Shown piece by piece: positions 41,328-54,556 of a DNA stretch of 64,000 nt. The notes under the pieces were generated by a model, which was not told where the DNA came from, did not search any database, and worked only from the letters and a program-made list of their open reading frames with translations. A program made the position numbers and the translations under genes. Origin of the DNA: Calcarisporiella thermophila CBS 279.70 (Eukaryota; Fungi; Calcarisporiellomycota); assembly GCF_041956535.1 (NCBI RefSeq), contig NW_027192192.1:1385985-1449984 (forward strand), written 5' to 3'. Position 1 is the first letter of the stretch; each line of letters starts with the position of its first letter.

Positions 41328-44300
41328 ATGCTGGGCAACCGAAACATTGTGCAAGAATGCTCAACTAAATGGGATCTAGAATTGGAAAAGATTGTGGAGA
41401 GCTATGGACTACACGATCTGGAAGATCTTTTCCCCGCAACCCCTCTACAATCTAGGTTCATCTCATCTCTTACCCATGATTCTCGAGCACATGTAGTGCA
41501 ATGAGTGTATGAGATTGAAGGAGCATTTAGTGAAAGTCGTTTGCAATCGGCATGGTACCGAGCGATGGTTGCCAATCCCATTCTTCGGACCGCTTTCGTC
41601 CTTACTCAACAAGGCGTGTTTCAGGTTGTACTCAAGACTCCTCCAAGTGTTTTCATAGAAACCTTGGAGTGGGCGGAAGATGAAGCCTGCAAGCTCCAAG
41701 AAATATTTCTAGCTGCAGATCGCAGTCGAGGCTTCTGCTGTAACAGAGCGAATTTAGCTAGGCTAACCGTTGCCCATATCAAAGGCACGGATCGCTACCG
41801 GTTTTTTTGGATCATGCATCGCTCGATCGTGGATGGGTTTTCCAGTCTCCTTCTACTCAATGATGTAATGAAGTCGTATTCAGGCACCAAATTGGAGATT
41901 CGGTCACCATACAAAGAGCATGTAGAACCGATGTTATCTTCAAACATGAGCCAAGCCAAGGCATTTTGGAAGTCAGAATTTGAAGGAGTGAATGTAATGG
42001 ATAGACAACGTATTTCTGACGGAAATTCTAATATTGGAGATGGGAGTTCAGTGCTGCAAACTTACAAGCTCAACATCGATATGAATCACTTGCGCCACTA
42101 CTGTAATGAAATCGACGCTACCTTGTCGAACTTGTTTCAAGCAATATGGGCCATTGTTCTGCGACAATATACTCGGTGCGACGACGTTTATTTCGAATAT
42201 GCCATAATGGGATTGATTGAATGCAAAAGTGATTTAACAAGGTTCGAGAAACTAGTGTTCGGTCACGTTTTGTATCAAGTATATGGGATCTGTTGTCTAA
42301 TTTTTTGAATTTCAATCTATTTTATTGTTTTAGGAGGATGGACACAATCGTCAATTCGCTACCGATTCGCGTGGCATTGACGGACTCCATGACCATTGTT
42401 AAGCTGTTAAGGATAATACAAGAGTTTCATACAGCCTCATTTCCCCATCGCTATGTTCCGCTTTCCGATATCGAGCGCTGTGGACGAGGGAGATGACTCC
42501 AACACTATTTTCACTTCAGAGTAGCTATTCCCAACGATTTTATACCGAAAATTTGGTCGGTGATTTCAAGATAAGTAATTTACAGCTCTTCGAAAATACC
42601 GAGTATCCTCTATACCTCAAGATATATCCGACCGACTCTTCTCTTATACTGGATATCTTAATCAATACCGCCAAGATTGGTAGCCCTGCAGTTAATCAGC
42701 TAGTTACAAAATTTGAGGAGGTGCTTCTAAGAATCATGGGGAGCTCCTTCGAACACCCTCCAACTTTATTCCAACTTGATGCTCTATATTTAATGGCATC
42801 GGTGCTAAATATTGATTCTAGTCGGGTATCACACGACTCATCTTTTTTCGAAATTGGCGGAGATTTCATATCTGCTATCGCCCTGGCGTCTGCCTATCGC
42901 AAGCAAAATCATTCAATATCAGTGTCGCAAATATTTAAATCGCCTACGCCTGCTAGATTAGCAGAAGTATCGCAGATGGGATATCGGAATAAATTTGATC
43001 CCGTAGCAACAACCGTTGGCGAGATACCTCTGACACCAATCCAAAAATGGTATTTCGAGACCAAACGGGGTGACGGTAGACATTGCAACCTAGGATGGGT
43101 TCTTCGGCCGCGAGAGAATATCGATTTCCGTAGGTTCAAACAAGCCATTACGGAAATTGTGGTCCATCATGACATGATCAGAACGCGATTTATCAAAGAT
43201 GTTAATGACTCGTGGAAACAGGTTGAGATAGGTGTGGGTGGGTGCGACATAAATGTCCATCATATTGAGTGCTCAAACATCGATGAGGTGCAAGAACACG
43301 TTAAGCACATGGATTCAACATTAGACATTGCCGAGGGCATAATGCATTGTGCTGCACTCTTCGAGGTAAATATAGAATAGAATAGTATTGCTTGATAATG
43401 AAATTAATAATATATTGCATTAACCTTGACGTTACAGCTCGGAACTGAGCAGAAAGTTTACTTCACCATCCATCACCTTGTGGTGGATCTGGTCTCTTGG
43501 CGTATCCTTCTAGAAGATCTAGAAATTCTGCTACAAGGAGGTAGGCTAAGAGAAAAGACCACTTCCTTCCAAGAATGGGCCAATTCACAATTGCAAATGG
43601 CCACGCATTTCTGCCCTTCTAAATGGACACAGATTCTCCATCCAACCGATATATCAAGCCTAGAGGAAAATGCCAGCTCTCAGTAATATTATATTTGCAA
43701 ATATTAACTATATTTGATGCAATTTTAATAATTGTTGATTATTTAATAGCGTTGCTCGTAATGGTGCTCAAATATTTAAAAATAAGTTAAGCATCTCTGC
43801 GTCGAGTCTCCTTGATACAGCCCATGAATTGTATAGAACCAGCGATCAGGACCTTATTTTAAGCGCATTATTGCTGAGTTTCTATACTGCCACAGGAAAG
43901 TTGAAGATGTCGCTCAACCTTGAAGGTCATGGTCGTGAGCCAAGGGACAGTCGATTTGACGTGTCAAGGACAGTTGGATGGTTCACCACAATATATCCTG
44001 TTACGTTATCAATGGCAGCGGATGATCATCCCAGCATGATAATCAATAGGGTTAAGAACGCCCTTCGAAATATACCTGACAAAGGAGTTTCCTATGGAGT
44101 TATCAAGTATCTTGCCCCCATTACAGAAATAACAGAGGGGATTAAAAATCACTCGATGTCTCCTATATATTTCAACTATTTTGGGCGTTTTCATAATTTC
44201 GAAAGAACCGATGCATTATTCGTACCTGATGAAAGCGTAGATGCCTGCAATGGGGATGGAAATGAAATTACCAATGGATTTACTGTGAGTTGCTCATTCG

Positions 44301-47300
44301 ATGTTGACAGATGTCTTCAGCTGAGGATATGCTTCAACACATCTCTTTTCAAAGCCGGGGTACTAGAGGAGTGGGGAGAGAAGTGGGTTGAATCAATGGA
44401 GCTGCTCATCGAACATTGCTGTAATCCTGAAGCTCCCGGCAGTTTCTCTCCAGCTGATTTCTCGCTGTTGACTCACCCAGCTGTGATTACAGAAATTGAG
44501 GAAGCGCATTTACCGTTAATAGGTGTCAAGCCACGCGATGTGGAGGATATCTACCCTGCTACCTCTATGCAAGCAAGCTTTATTTCTGCTCTCACACGAG
44601 ACCCCCAGTCATATATAACACAATATGTTTATGAGATAAAAGGAAGATTTGAAGAATGTCGCCTTAAATCCGCGTGGAATCGAGTTGCGTCTGCTAATCC
44701 AATCCTTCGGACCATTTTTGTCATCACTGAACATGGAGTCTACCAAGTTGTACTCAAAGCACCTCCAAGCGTGTTTGAAGAGTCAGTTGAATGGGAAGAG
44801 GATGAGGTTGATCATCTTCAAGCAAACATGCTGGTTGCTGATCGTACCCGAGGCTTTAGCTTGGAACATACTGCTTATACTAGATTCACAATAGCTCGAA
44901 TCAAAAACACCAACCGTTTCCGGCTTTTGTGGACTATGCATCATTCAATCTTCGATGGGTGGTCTAGGAACCTCCTATTCAACGATTTAATGAAGGCATA
45001 TTCAGGAGATAAATTGGAAATACGCCCACCGTTCAAGGCACATGTCGAGTCGATCCTTTCAACCAATATCGATGAGGCCAAGACGTATTGGACATCAGTG
45101 TTTGAAGGAGCGACGGTTCCTGAGAAGCTGAGCATATCTGATGGGATCACACGTTCACTAAATGGGGGCTCAATCTCTCAGACATACAAACTTGATATTG
45201 CATTCGATGTACTTCATGAGTACTGTAGTCGACTCGGCGTAACCATCTCGAATTTCCTCCGAGCAATATGGGCTGTTGTGTTGCGGCACTATACTCGATG
45301 TGACGACGTTATTTTTGGGTGTGTGATCATGGGTCGTGATGAAAGAGTCGACAATGTTACAAGGTATACCCTATTTTTCTCTTATATTGTTTGAGTTCCA
45401 ATGATATTAACCTTTCTTTTTTTATTTACATCTATTATTTGAAATATATATAGTATTATCGGAGCACTCATCAACACTATACCGATTCGAGCTGTCCTGA
45501 TTCCATGACAATCAACGAACTTCTACACACCATGCAAGAGTATCATGTAACTTCACTTCCCTACAGCCATACACCATTAAGTGACATCAAACGCTGGACA
45601 GAATTGCCGTGGATGCAGGAGATGTTCCCCACCATCTTATCATATCAGGATACCCGCTCGCAGCAAGTTGCTAGTGAAAAAAAGATGAAAGAGTGCCAGA
45701 TAATCGAGATTGAGAAATATGAGAATACTGAATATGCAATTGGTATTACCATACACCCATCTAACACCCATCTTAATTTGACCGCATTAATTGATACATC
45801 GATTGTTGAGTTTGAAGCAGTTAATCGAATGATTTCTAAATTTGAGGATGTTCTGACGAGAGTATTGAAGAGTTCTTTCAAACTTCCTCCAACTCTAGCA
45901 GAGCTTGATGCATTATCTTCAGTGGATCAAATCACTTTATTTGACATTAGTTGTGGAAGTCAGGTGGAACCTATCTATCAATGCCTCCATTACGGGTTTG
46001 AACAAAATGCAATAAAGAATCCCAAATCTCCAGTTGTCGAAGATAATTCCGGAAACACTATCACATATGGAGAGCTTGATCTTCGTTCGAACACGCTTGC
46101 TCATGAATTGCGCAGTTTAGGTGTAATTCCAGGATGCAAAGTAGGACTTGATATTGAACGTTCGATAGAAATGATCGTTGGAATTCTCGCAATTCTCAAA
46201 ACCGGAGGGGCCTATGTACCAGTCGATGCAGCATTTCCAAGAGATCGCATAGAGTACATATTGAACGATGCGGGCTGCTCGGTTGTGGTGACAATGAAAG
46301 ATACTGTCAATTTCTTTCCCGATAAAAAGAGACAAAAGATTATCCTGATTGATGATTTCATGTATTCTCTCCCTGATAACATAACAAAACCTGCTGATCT
46401 TTCAACCAGTGATGACACTGCTTACATTGTGTATACATCGGGAACAATTGGAAAACCAAAGGGAGTGCCAATCCATCATGGGGGTGCAATGAATTGCATA
46501 CAAGATTTCCTGACCAAGAATGGCTCAGATCCTGGAGTATTCCAGTCGCAATTCATGTCGGTGGGATTCGATGGTGCAATCACAGAGATATTTACATGCC
46601 TGACACATGGAGGAACATTAGTTCTTAGCTCTGACGAGAATAGAATCGAGTCGCTGAAGAGTGTAGAGTCATTGCTTATTACTCCTACTGGGCCACAACA
46701 CATCAAACCGGACGATGTTCCGAATCTTCGCGTCATAACCGTAGGTGCAGAATCGGTCCCGCAATCTTTGGTCGATAAATGGCTGCCACATGTCAAGCTT
46801 CTTAATGCTTACGGTCCAACTGAAACGAGCATAATATCAAGTGTACAGGAACTCAGGAAAGGCGAAAGAATAGGAGTTGGTCGACCCATCAACAACATGA
46901 CATACTACGTTCTAGACCACAATCTCAAACTGGTCCCCGTCGGTGTTGCAGGAGAGCTTTACATTGCTGGTCCTGGCGTAGCTAAAGGCTACCTCAATCG
47001 GCCAGATCTCACTTCTGATCGCTTCGTTACGAATCCTTTCGCTCCCGGAACTACAATGTACAGATCTGGCGATATGGTTCGCTGGAACTCTGATGGAAAC
47101 CTAGAGATCCTTGGGCGAACCGACGACCAGTTGAAGTTGAAGGGGTATCGCGTTGAGTTAGGCGAAGTGGCCGCAGCCATGAATGCATATCCAGGTGTTC
47201 AACTTGCTGTTGCAATTGTAAACCAAAAAGCATTAATTGGTTTTATTACCCCTGTGGATGTGGATGTTGAAGCCATGAGGAATTCACTCTTTGATATCTT

Positions 47301-50300
47301 GCCTGATTACATGGTGCCCGCCACTATTTTGGCCCTAGAGAATTTCCCAATGACACCCAACGGAAAGGTCGACAAGCAAAAGCTAACCGAAATCCCGATT
47401 CAACTTGAGAACGATCGCACAATCCCAGTTACGAAAGAGCAGAAATTGGTTGTCAAACTCATTGCTTCAGTCCTGAATCTCGACGTTGATCAAGTTGATC
47501 TCCATACATCGTTTTTCACTCTCGGTGGTGACTCCCTTTCAGCAGTTACTCTGTCAACTAAATTACGTACACATGGCCTATCCATATCCGTGCCGCAGAT
47601 ATTTAAGGCTTCTACTCCAGCGAGAATAGCCGCCCTCGCACAAAATAGACGTGAATCACAATTGCAGCACTCAACTGGCATAACAGGGGAGATTCCTTTA
47701 ACACCCAGCCAACATGCATTCTTTAAGGATACATTGGGTGCCAGGTATAATCACTTCCACCAGGGTTGGGTACTTGTCCCAAATGAGACCATAGATTACG
47801 CAAGATTCACGATGGCTATTACCCAGATCGTGGCTCATCATGATATGCTCAGAGCATGCTTTTCTTGTGACAATAACTACACGTGGAAACAAGCCATCAT
47901 GGATGTTAACGAGCACAATGTCAACGTACGTCATATTCACTCTGATCTATTTGAGCTTGGGGCCCAAGTTAAACGACTGGCCTCAACCATTGATATCGAG
48001 AACGGTGTAGTGTATTGCGCTGCTCTTATAGAGGTGAGAAAATGCCAGAAACTTTAGAGCTATGCAAAAATCTTTGACGGTTTATTGGTATTTTAATAGG
48101 TTGAGTGCGGTCAAAGAATATGTGTCCTTGCCCATCCCCTTGTAGTTGATTCTACATCATGGCGTATCCTTCTAGAAGATTTGGAAACATTGTTAATGGG
48201 CGGTTCGCTTACAGAGAAGTCACGGCCATTTTGCGAGTGGGCGAGTTCACAATATCAACACTGGTCGACTTTTAACCCTGAGAAATGGGAAACACAAATT
48301 GACACAGTCGATATGTCGATTCTTTTTAACAGTAACCGACAAAGGTATCATTGAATATTTTCATTTGCATAAGGATACAAATCCACAGTTTGACACTTAT
48401 TCTTACCTTTTCCTCAGTGATGTTGGTAACAAAAGACATGTTATCGTAAATAAGACTTGCAACGAAGTATCTAGTTTGCTTGAAAAGGCAAATATAGCAT
48501 ACCGTACCAACACCCAGTACCTAATTTTGGCTGCTCTCCTTATGAGTTATTGCGATGTAACTGGTCATTCAACTCTAGCACTGACGCTTGAGGAGCATAG
48601 ACGTGAACTTCTGAATTCTTGTCTAGACTTTTTGAGAACCGTCGGCCAGTTAACCACAACTCTCCCTGTTATTCTTTCAGCAGCGAACACGTCCTCTCTT
48701 GTTAACACTATCAGAGCCGTCAAAGACATTTTACACACAATTCCGGACAAAGGGCTTTAATATGGTGTAATTAAATACCTCTCCCCTTCAACTGATGCAA
48801 CAATGCCAATCAAAAATCACAAGACACCACCTGTACATTTCAGCTATCTTGGGAATATCCAAATCCTAGAGGATGCCTTCGCACTTTTCACTCCTGAAGA
48901 CAAGATTATCGTGAATGGCGCATTGTTTGGAGATATTCTTAATATCGTGACAATCAATTGCTACCTAGATAAACAAGGGTATCTACAGCTAAGTTTTGCT
49001 TTTGATCCTCTCATTTTCCGCGTCGACATCCTGGAATCGTGGGGCAAGAAATGGGTAGAAAGAATGGAAAGCATCATACGCCATTGCTGCAGTTCTACCA
49101 CTTACGGATGCATCATGGCTTCTGATTTTACACTGCTATCGGATCCAGTTCTGGCCTCTGAACTTGAAACAGTGCATTTTCCAGCTTTACATGTCAAGCC
49201 ACGTGACGTAGAGGATATATATCCAGCAACACCTCTGCAAGCAAGCTTTATAACCGCCTTAGCACGAGACCCACAGTCGTATATGGTGCGATCCATGTAT
49301 GATGTCGAGGGACCTTTCGATGTCAAGCGACTGGAGTGGGCATGGAACAGAGTTGCAGCTCTCAACACCATCTTGCGCACGGTGTATGTTTCTACACAAA
49401 GGGGTGTTTTTCAAGTGGTGCTCAAGAACCCTCCAGGAGTTCTTGTACAGAAATTGGAATGGGCGGAGGATAAATTTGAAGAGCAACAAGAAGATTTCCT
49501 GGCCGCCGATTATCAGCGTGGCTTCAGTATCGACAGCAAGATATTTGCCAGAATCACAGTGGCTCAGAGAAAAGGGACTATGAAGTTCCGGCTGTTCTGG
49601 ACCATTCATCACTCCATCATAGATGGCTGGTCAGTTTCGCTTTTACTAGACGATTTATTGAAGGCATATTCAGGGGAACAGGTGGAGGCTCGACCACCTT
49701 TCAAGGAACATGTTGAATCCATCCTATCAATCAACGCAAGCGAGGCCAGAGAATATTGGAGATCAGTTTTCGATGGAGCAGATGTGTCCGAAAAATGGAG
49801 TATTTTACATGGAAGCGCCGAGTTAGGAGAGACTGGCTCTATCTCTAAAGCATACAATCTGGAGATTTCATTTGAGCACCTTCAATATTATTGCAGGAGT
49901 ATTGGAATAACAGCGTCTAACTTCCTTCGAGCTATATGGGCAATTGTACTGCGCCATTACACTCGGTGTGATGATTTAATCTTTGGGTGTGTTATCACGG
50001 GACGCGATGGGGATATTCATGCTGCTACGAGGTTTGAAATACTATGCCACAATTTTGGTGGGAGCTTTCTGATTTATTAATGGTTCCATTAATAGAGTGA
50101 TCGGACCGCTGATTAATACGATACCAATTCGAGTGGTGTTGAGAGACTCGATGACAATCGTCGATCTTATACATGCAGTTCAAGAACATTATGCTGCCTC
50201 CCTTCCGTATAGCCAAGTTTCTTTATCCGATATTAGGCGATGGACGGATATAGCTTGGACACAGGAGATGTTCCAAACGCTGTTCTCGTACCAGTATTTT

Positions 50301-53300
50301 AATTCCAAGTGTGATGACTTCGGTGGAAATCGGTGCGATTTTAAGATATCAGAAGTTGATAATGCTTTGGCAAAAATGAATCAATATTTGGCTGTGGAAT
50401 ACCCCCTGATACTTATGGTTAACTCACAAGGAGCTACAGTCTCTGCTGATGCACTGATTAATACAGCCAAGATGGATTCGCTGGTCGTAGATAGAATGAT
50501 GAGTAAGTTCCGGGAAGTAGTGGCATTAATCCTGGGATCATCTACCGGCGGTACACCTACAATATGCGATCTTGACGGGTTATCCAATGAGGAAGAGTCT
50601 TTAATTTTGGAACTAAGCTCTGGAGAGCAGACCCCACTAATACATGAGTGCCTACATCACGGGTTCGAAGCAAACGCTATCAATAGTCCTCATTCTATTG
50701 CGGTCATGGATAACTTCGGAAGAGCTTATACCTATGAAGAGGTTGATTTGTACGCTAACTCTCTTGCTCATGAATTGCGCAGACACGGAGTAATTCCAGG
50801 ATGCAATGTTGGTCTGGTCATTAAACGGTCGATAGAGATGGTTATTGGAATAATTGCAATCCTCAAAGCTGGAGGTGCCTATGTTCCAATTGATGCAGCC
50901 TTCCCAAGAGACCGTATAGAGTACATATTGAACGATGCGGGTTGCTCGATTGTGGTGACTACGAAAGATGCTGTCAACGCTATTCCCGATACAGAAAGTT
51001 ACTTGATTATCACGATAGAAGCCTTCATGTATTCTCTCCCTGACAACATAACAAAACCTACTGATCTATCTACCAGTGACGATACTGCTTACATTGTGTA
51101 TACATCAGGAACAACTGGGAAACCGAAGGGGGTGCCAATTCGTCATGGGGGAGCAATGAATTGCATACAAGACTTCCTTACCAAGAATGGCTCAGGTCCT
51201 GGAGTATTCCAGTCGCAATTCATGTCGGTGGGATTTGATGGTGCAATCGCAGAGATATTTACATGCCTGACACATGGAGGAGCATTAGTGCTTAGCTCTG
51301 ACGAGAATAGAATCGAGTCGCTGAAGAGTGTAGAGTCATTGCTTATTACTCCTACCGGGCTACAGCACTTCAAACCGGATGATGTCCCAAGACTTCGTGT
51401 CATAGCCCTTGGCGCTGAACCAGTCCCTCAATCACTAGTCGATAAATGGCTGCCACATGTCAAGCTCTTTAATGCATATGGACTAACCGAAGCCAGCATC
51501 ATGTCAAGCATACAGGAGCTCACTCGTGGAGATCGTATAGGAATTGGCCGTCCCATCAATAATATGTCATATTATGTGCTGGATCACAAGTTCAGAATGG
51601 TTCCATTGGGGGTAACGGGAGAGCTCTACATTGCTGGCCCTGGTGTTGCTAGAAGCTATCTCAATCGGCCAGAGCTTACGGCAGAGAAATTCCTCGAGAA
51701 TCCTTTTATGCTGGGGACCACGATGTACAGAACTGGTGACTTGGTCCGTTGGAATGCTGATGGGAATCTGGAGATTCTAGGACGAACCGATGATCAGGTG
51801 AAGCTGAAGGGATATCGCGTTGAGTTAGGCGAGGTGTCCGCAGCTATGTACACATATCCAGGGGTCGACTTAGCTGTTGCTATTGTAAAAGAGAGTACAC
51901 TTGTTGGATTTGTTACACCTGCTAGCGTGGATGTTGACACTTTGCGGGATTCATTATTTGATATCTTGCCAGATTACGTGGTGCCAGCCATCATCGTGGC
52001 TTTAGATGAGTTCCCAGTGACCACTAACGGGAAGATTGACAAGCAAAAGTTGAAAGATATTCCGCTACAACCAACCAGGGATTGCCGACATCCAGTAACA
52101 GATAAACACAAACTCGTAGTCAGCCTTATGGCATCGGTGTTCAACATTGACGAAAGTACGATCGACCTTAATACTTCTTTCTTCGCTCTAGGTGGCGACT
52201 CTATCTCTGCTATTGCACTGGTATCTGCTTTCCGGAGATACAGTCTTTCCATATCCGTGTCACAGATATTCAAGTCGCCAACTCCATCAAGACTAGCAGC
52301 AATTGCTCAAGAGGTGCATACAAGACAAGTAAAAACAGTAACAGCGGTTGTAGGAGGAGTCCCCTTGACTCCAATTCAAAGACGGTATTTTGAGACTAAA
52401 CGGGACAATAAAAACCACTTCAATCAAGGATGGGTGCTTCGTCCGCGAGAGCATATCGATTATGCCAATTTCAAGCAAGCTATTACGCAAATTGTGGGCC
52501 ATCATGATATGATCAGAACACGCTTTACCAAGGATGACAATGACTCGTGGATGCAGGCTGTGCTGGATGTGAGTGCATGTGATATCAATATCCATCACAT
52601 CGAGTGCAAGAGTGAGGATGAGATACAAGAGTACGTGAAACAAATGGCCTCTTCACTGAACATTGCCAAAGGCTCTATGCATTGTGCTGCACTCTTCGAG
52701 GTGAGATATTGTTTGGATTTTATGGTGACACAATGCATCATAAATAATCATATTTTGCTTTTACTCACGACAAATATGATAGTTTGGTTCTGAGCAGAGG
52801 ATTTACTTCACCATTCACCATCTTGTGGTGGACTTGGTTCCGTGGCGAATCCTTCTTGAAGATCTCGAAAGCTTGCTTCAAGGCGGTAGGCTCGAGGAAA
52901 AGACCACATCGTTCCAGGAATGGGCCATTTCACAGGTGCAACAGGCTTCGCGTTTCTGCCCAACTAAATGGACACAGAATATCCAACATATCGATATGTC
53001 GGATCTTTCTGAGAGCAACACAGAGTAACTATTCTCTACCTGGCTGTCGCATAATTCCACTAATCACACTTACAAATCTGATGCTATAATAGATCCATCC
53101 CTAGCGACAACCAAGTCCTCGTGAGCAAGCTCAGCGCATCCATGTCGAGCCTTCTTGATGCAGCCAATGAACCGTATCGAACAAACAACCAAGACCTGAT
53201 TCTGGCTGCACTATTAATGAGTTTCCATGAAACAACAGGAAAGTCGAATATATCGCTCAACCTGGATTGCCATGGTCGTGAGCCATGGGATAATCAACTG

Positions 53301-53774
53301 GACGTGTCAAGAACGGTTGGATGGTTTACTTCAGTATATCCCGTCACGCTATCCATGACTCCTTCATATTCAATTGGCAAGATAATAATGACTGTTAAGA
53401 ACAGCCTTCGTACGGTTCCGGACAAGGGATTGTCCTATGGAGCTATCAAATACCTTGCACCCCTGACAGAATCAACGGAGATGATCAAGAGACATAAGCT
53501 AGCGCCGATTAGCCTCAATTATTTAGGGCATTTCTATAACTTCGAGAAGGCCGATGCATTCCTTATTCCCGATGAACGTATAGATGCTTGTAACTATGAT
53601 GAGAATGAGATATTCGATGAAATTACAATTATCTGCTCATTCAGTGTTGACAGATGTTTGCAACTAAATATTTTATTCAATTCTTCTCCCCACCGAACCC
53701 GTGTTTTAGAAAGATGGAGCAGGAAATGGGTAGAATCAATGGAGGCCATCGTCAATCATTGCATCAATCCTTAA
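41328..53774 (+). pseudogene. Multimodular NRPS copy 1, architecture C-[A deleted]-T*-E / C-A-T-E / C-A-T-E; nine introns; disabled
   Basis: C motifs (HRSIVDG, HHSIFDG, HHSIIDG); A motifs (GGAYVP.D, YTSGT.GKPKG, YRTGD, GRTDDQVKLKGYRVELGE, NGKVDK); T motif GGDS; E motifs (HHLVVDLVSW, EGHGRE, RTVGWFT, PDKG..YG). Lesions: TGA 41502-41504, 13-nt deletion at about 42480, frameshift at about 45500, TAA 48758-48760, T1 Ser to Phe. Confidence 0.9.
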
Positions 53775-54556
53775 ACCCCTGGCAGCATCTCATCCTTCAA
53801 TCTAACTCTCTCACCTGATTCCACCTGATCAACCCGACAAAAATCATGCTGATCGATCCATTCAACACGTGCTCCCATTTCTAGCCCATCTTGACAAGAA
53901 AGTAGACGGTCTTCTAGGAATTGGTCATGGGTAGTGCATCTTTGAGTTACCTGACCGAAAGGCTGAGAGTAATAGGGTTAAGTGGAAATGGAATTTTAAT
54001 GTGCACATATCTGAGGTTCTCCTGAACCAACCTGTTCCCTTTGATTTCATACCGTCAATTGTTTCCAGAGCTGATTTTTGTCCACCTATTTCCGCTCCGT
54101 CTGTTCACTGGACGAGTCCAGGTGACAAATTATATAAATGCAGTTTGTAGATTCAAGAGATATAATTACAAACTGAATTTCAATTTGGTGCACGAAATGA
54201 TGAGGTCGTCAGAGCTCTAGCGCGCTCGATATTAAAACCCGCGAATATTATCAAAAATCCAAATAATCAGGAATCATCTTAAATAATAATTTCAATTATC
54301 AATTTAGCTATACTTTATTCATACTTGAGATTTTTTTTTTACTTCAATAAATGAAAGAATTTTTTTATAGTGATTGACCCAATTTTAGAATAATTTGCCT
54401 TGAACTTTTGCTATTACCAGAAAAACTTCAAAGCAAAGAATTTCCCTATTACTCTAGTTTTCACTTATGGTTTGTAAAGCCACCGCATATGCAGTCACAA
54501 AGTGCCAAAACGTTTCCAAATTCATATTCCCCAACTCTCGCTAATGATGAGCAGTT

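Noticed and set aside
41502-41504. In-frame TGA in the NRPS as selenocysteine, readthrough or an alternative genetic code
   Set aside because: The paralogue has TGG here, other lesions accompany it, and neighbouring genes use TGA as a normal stop.
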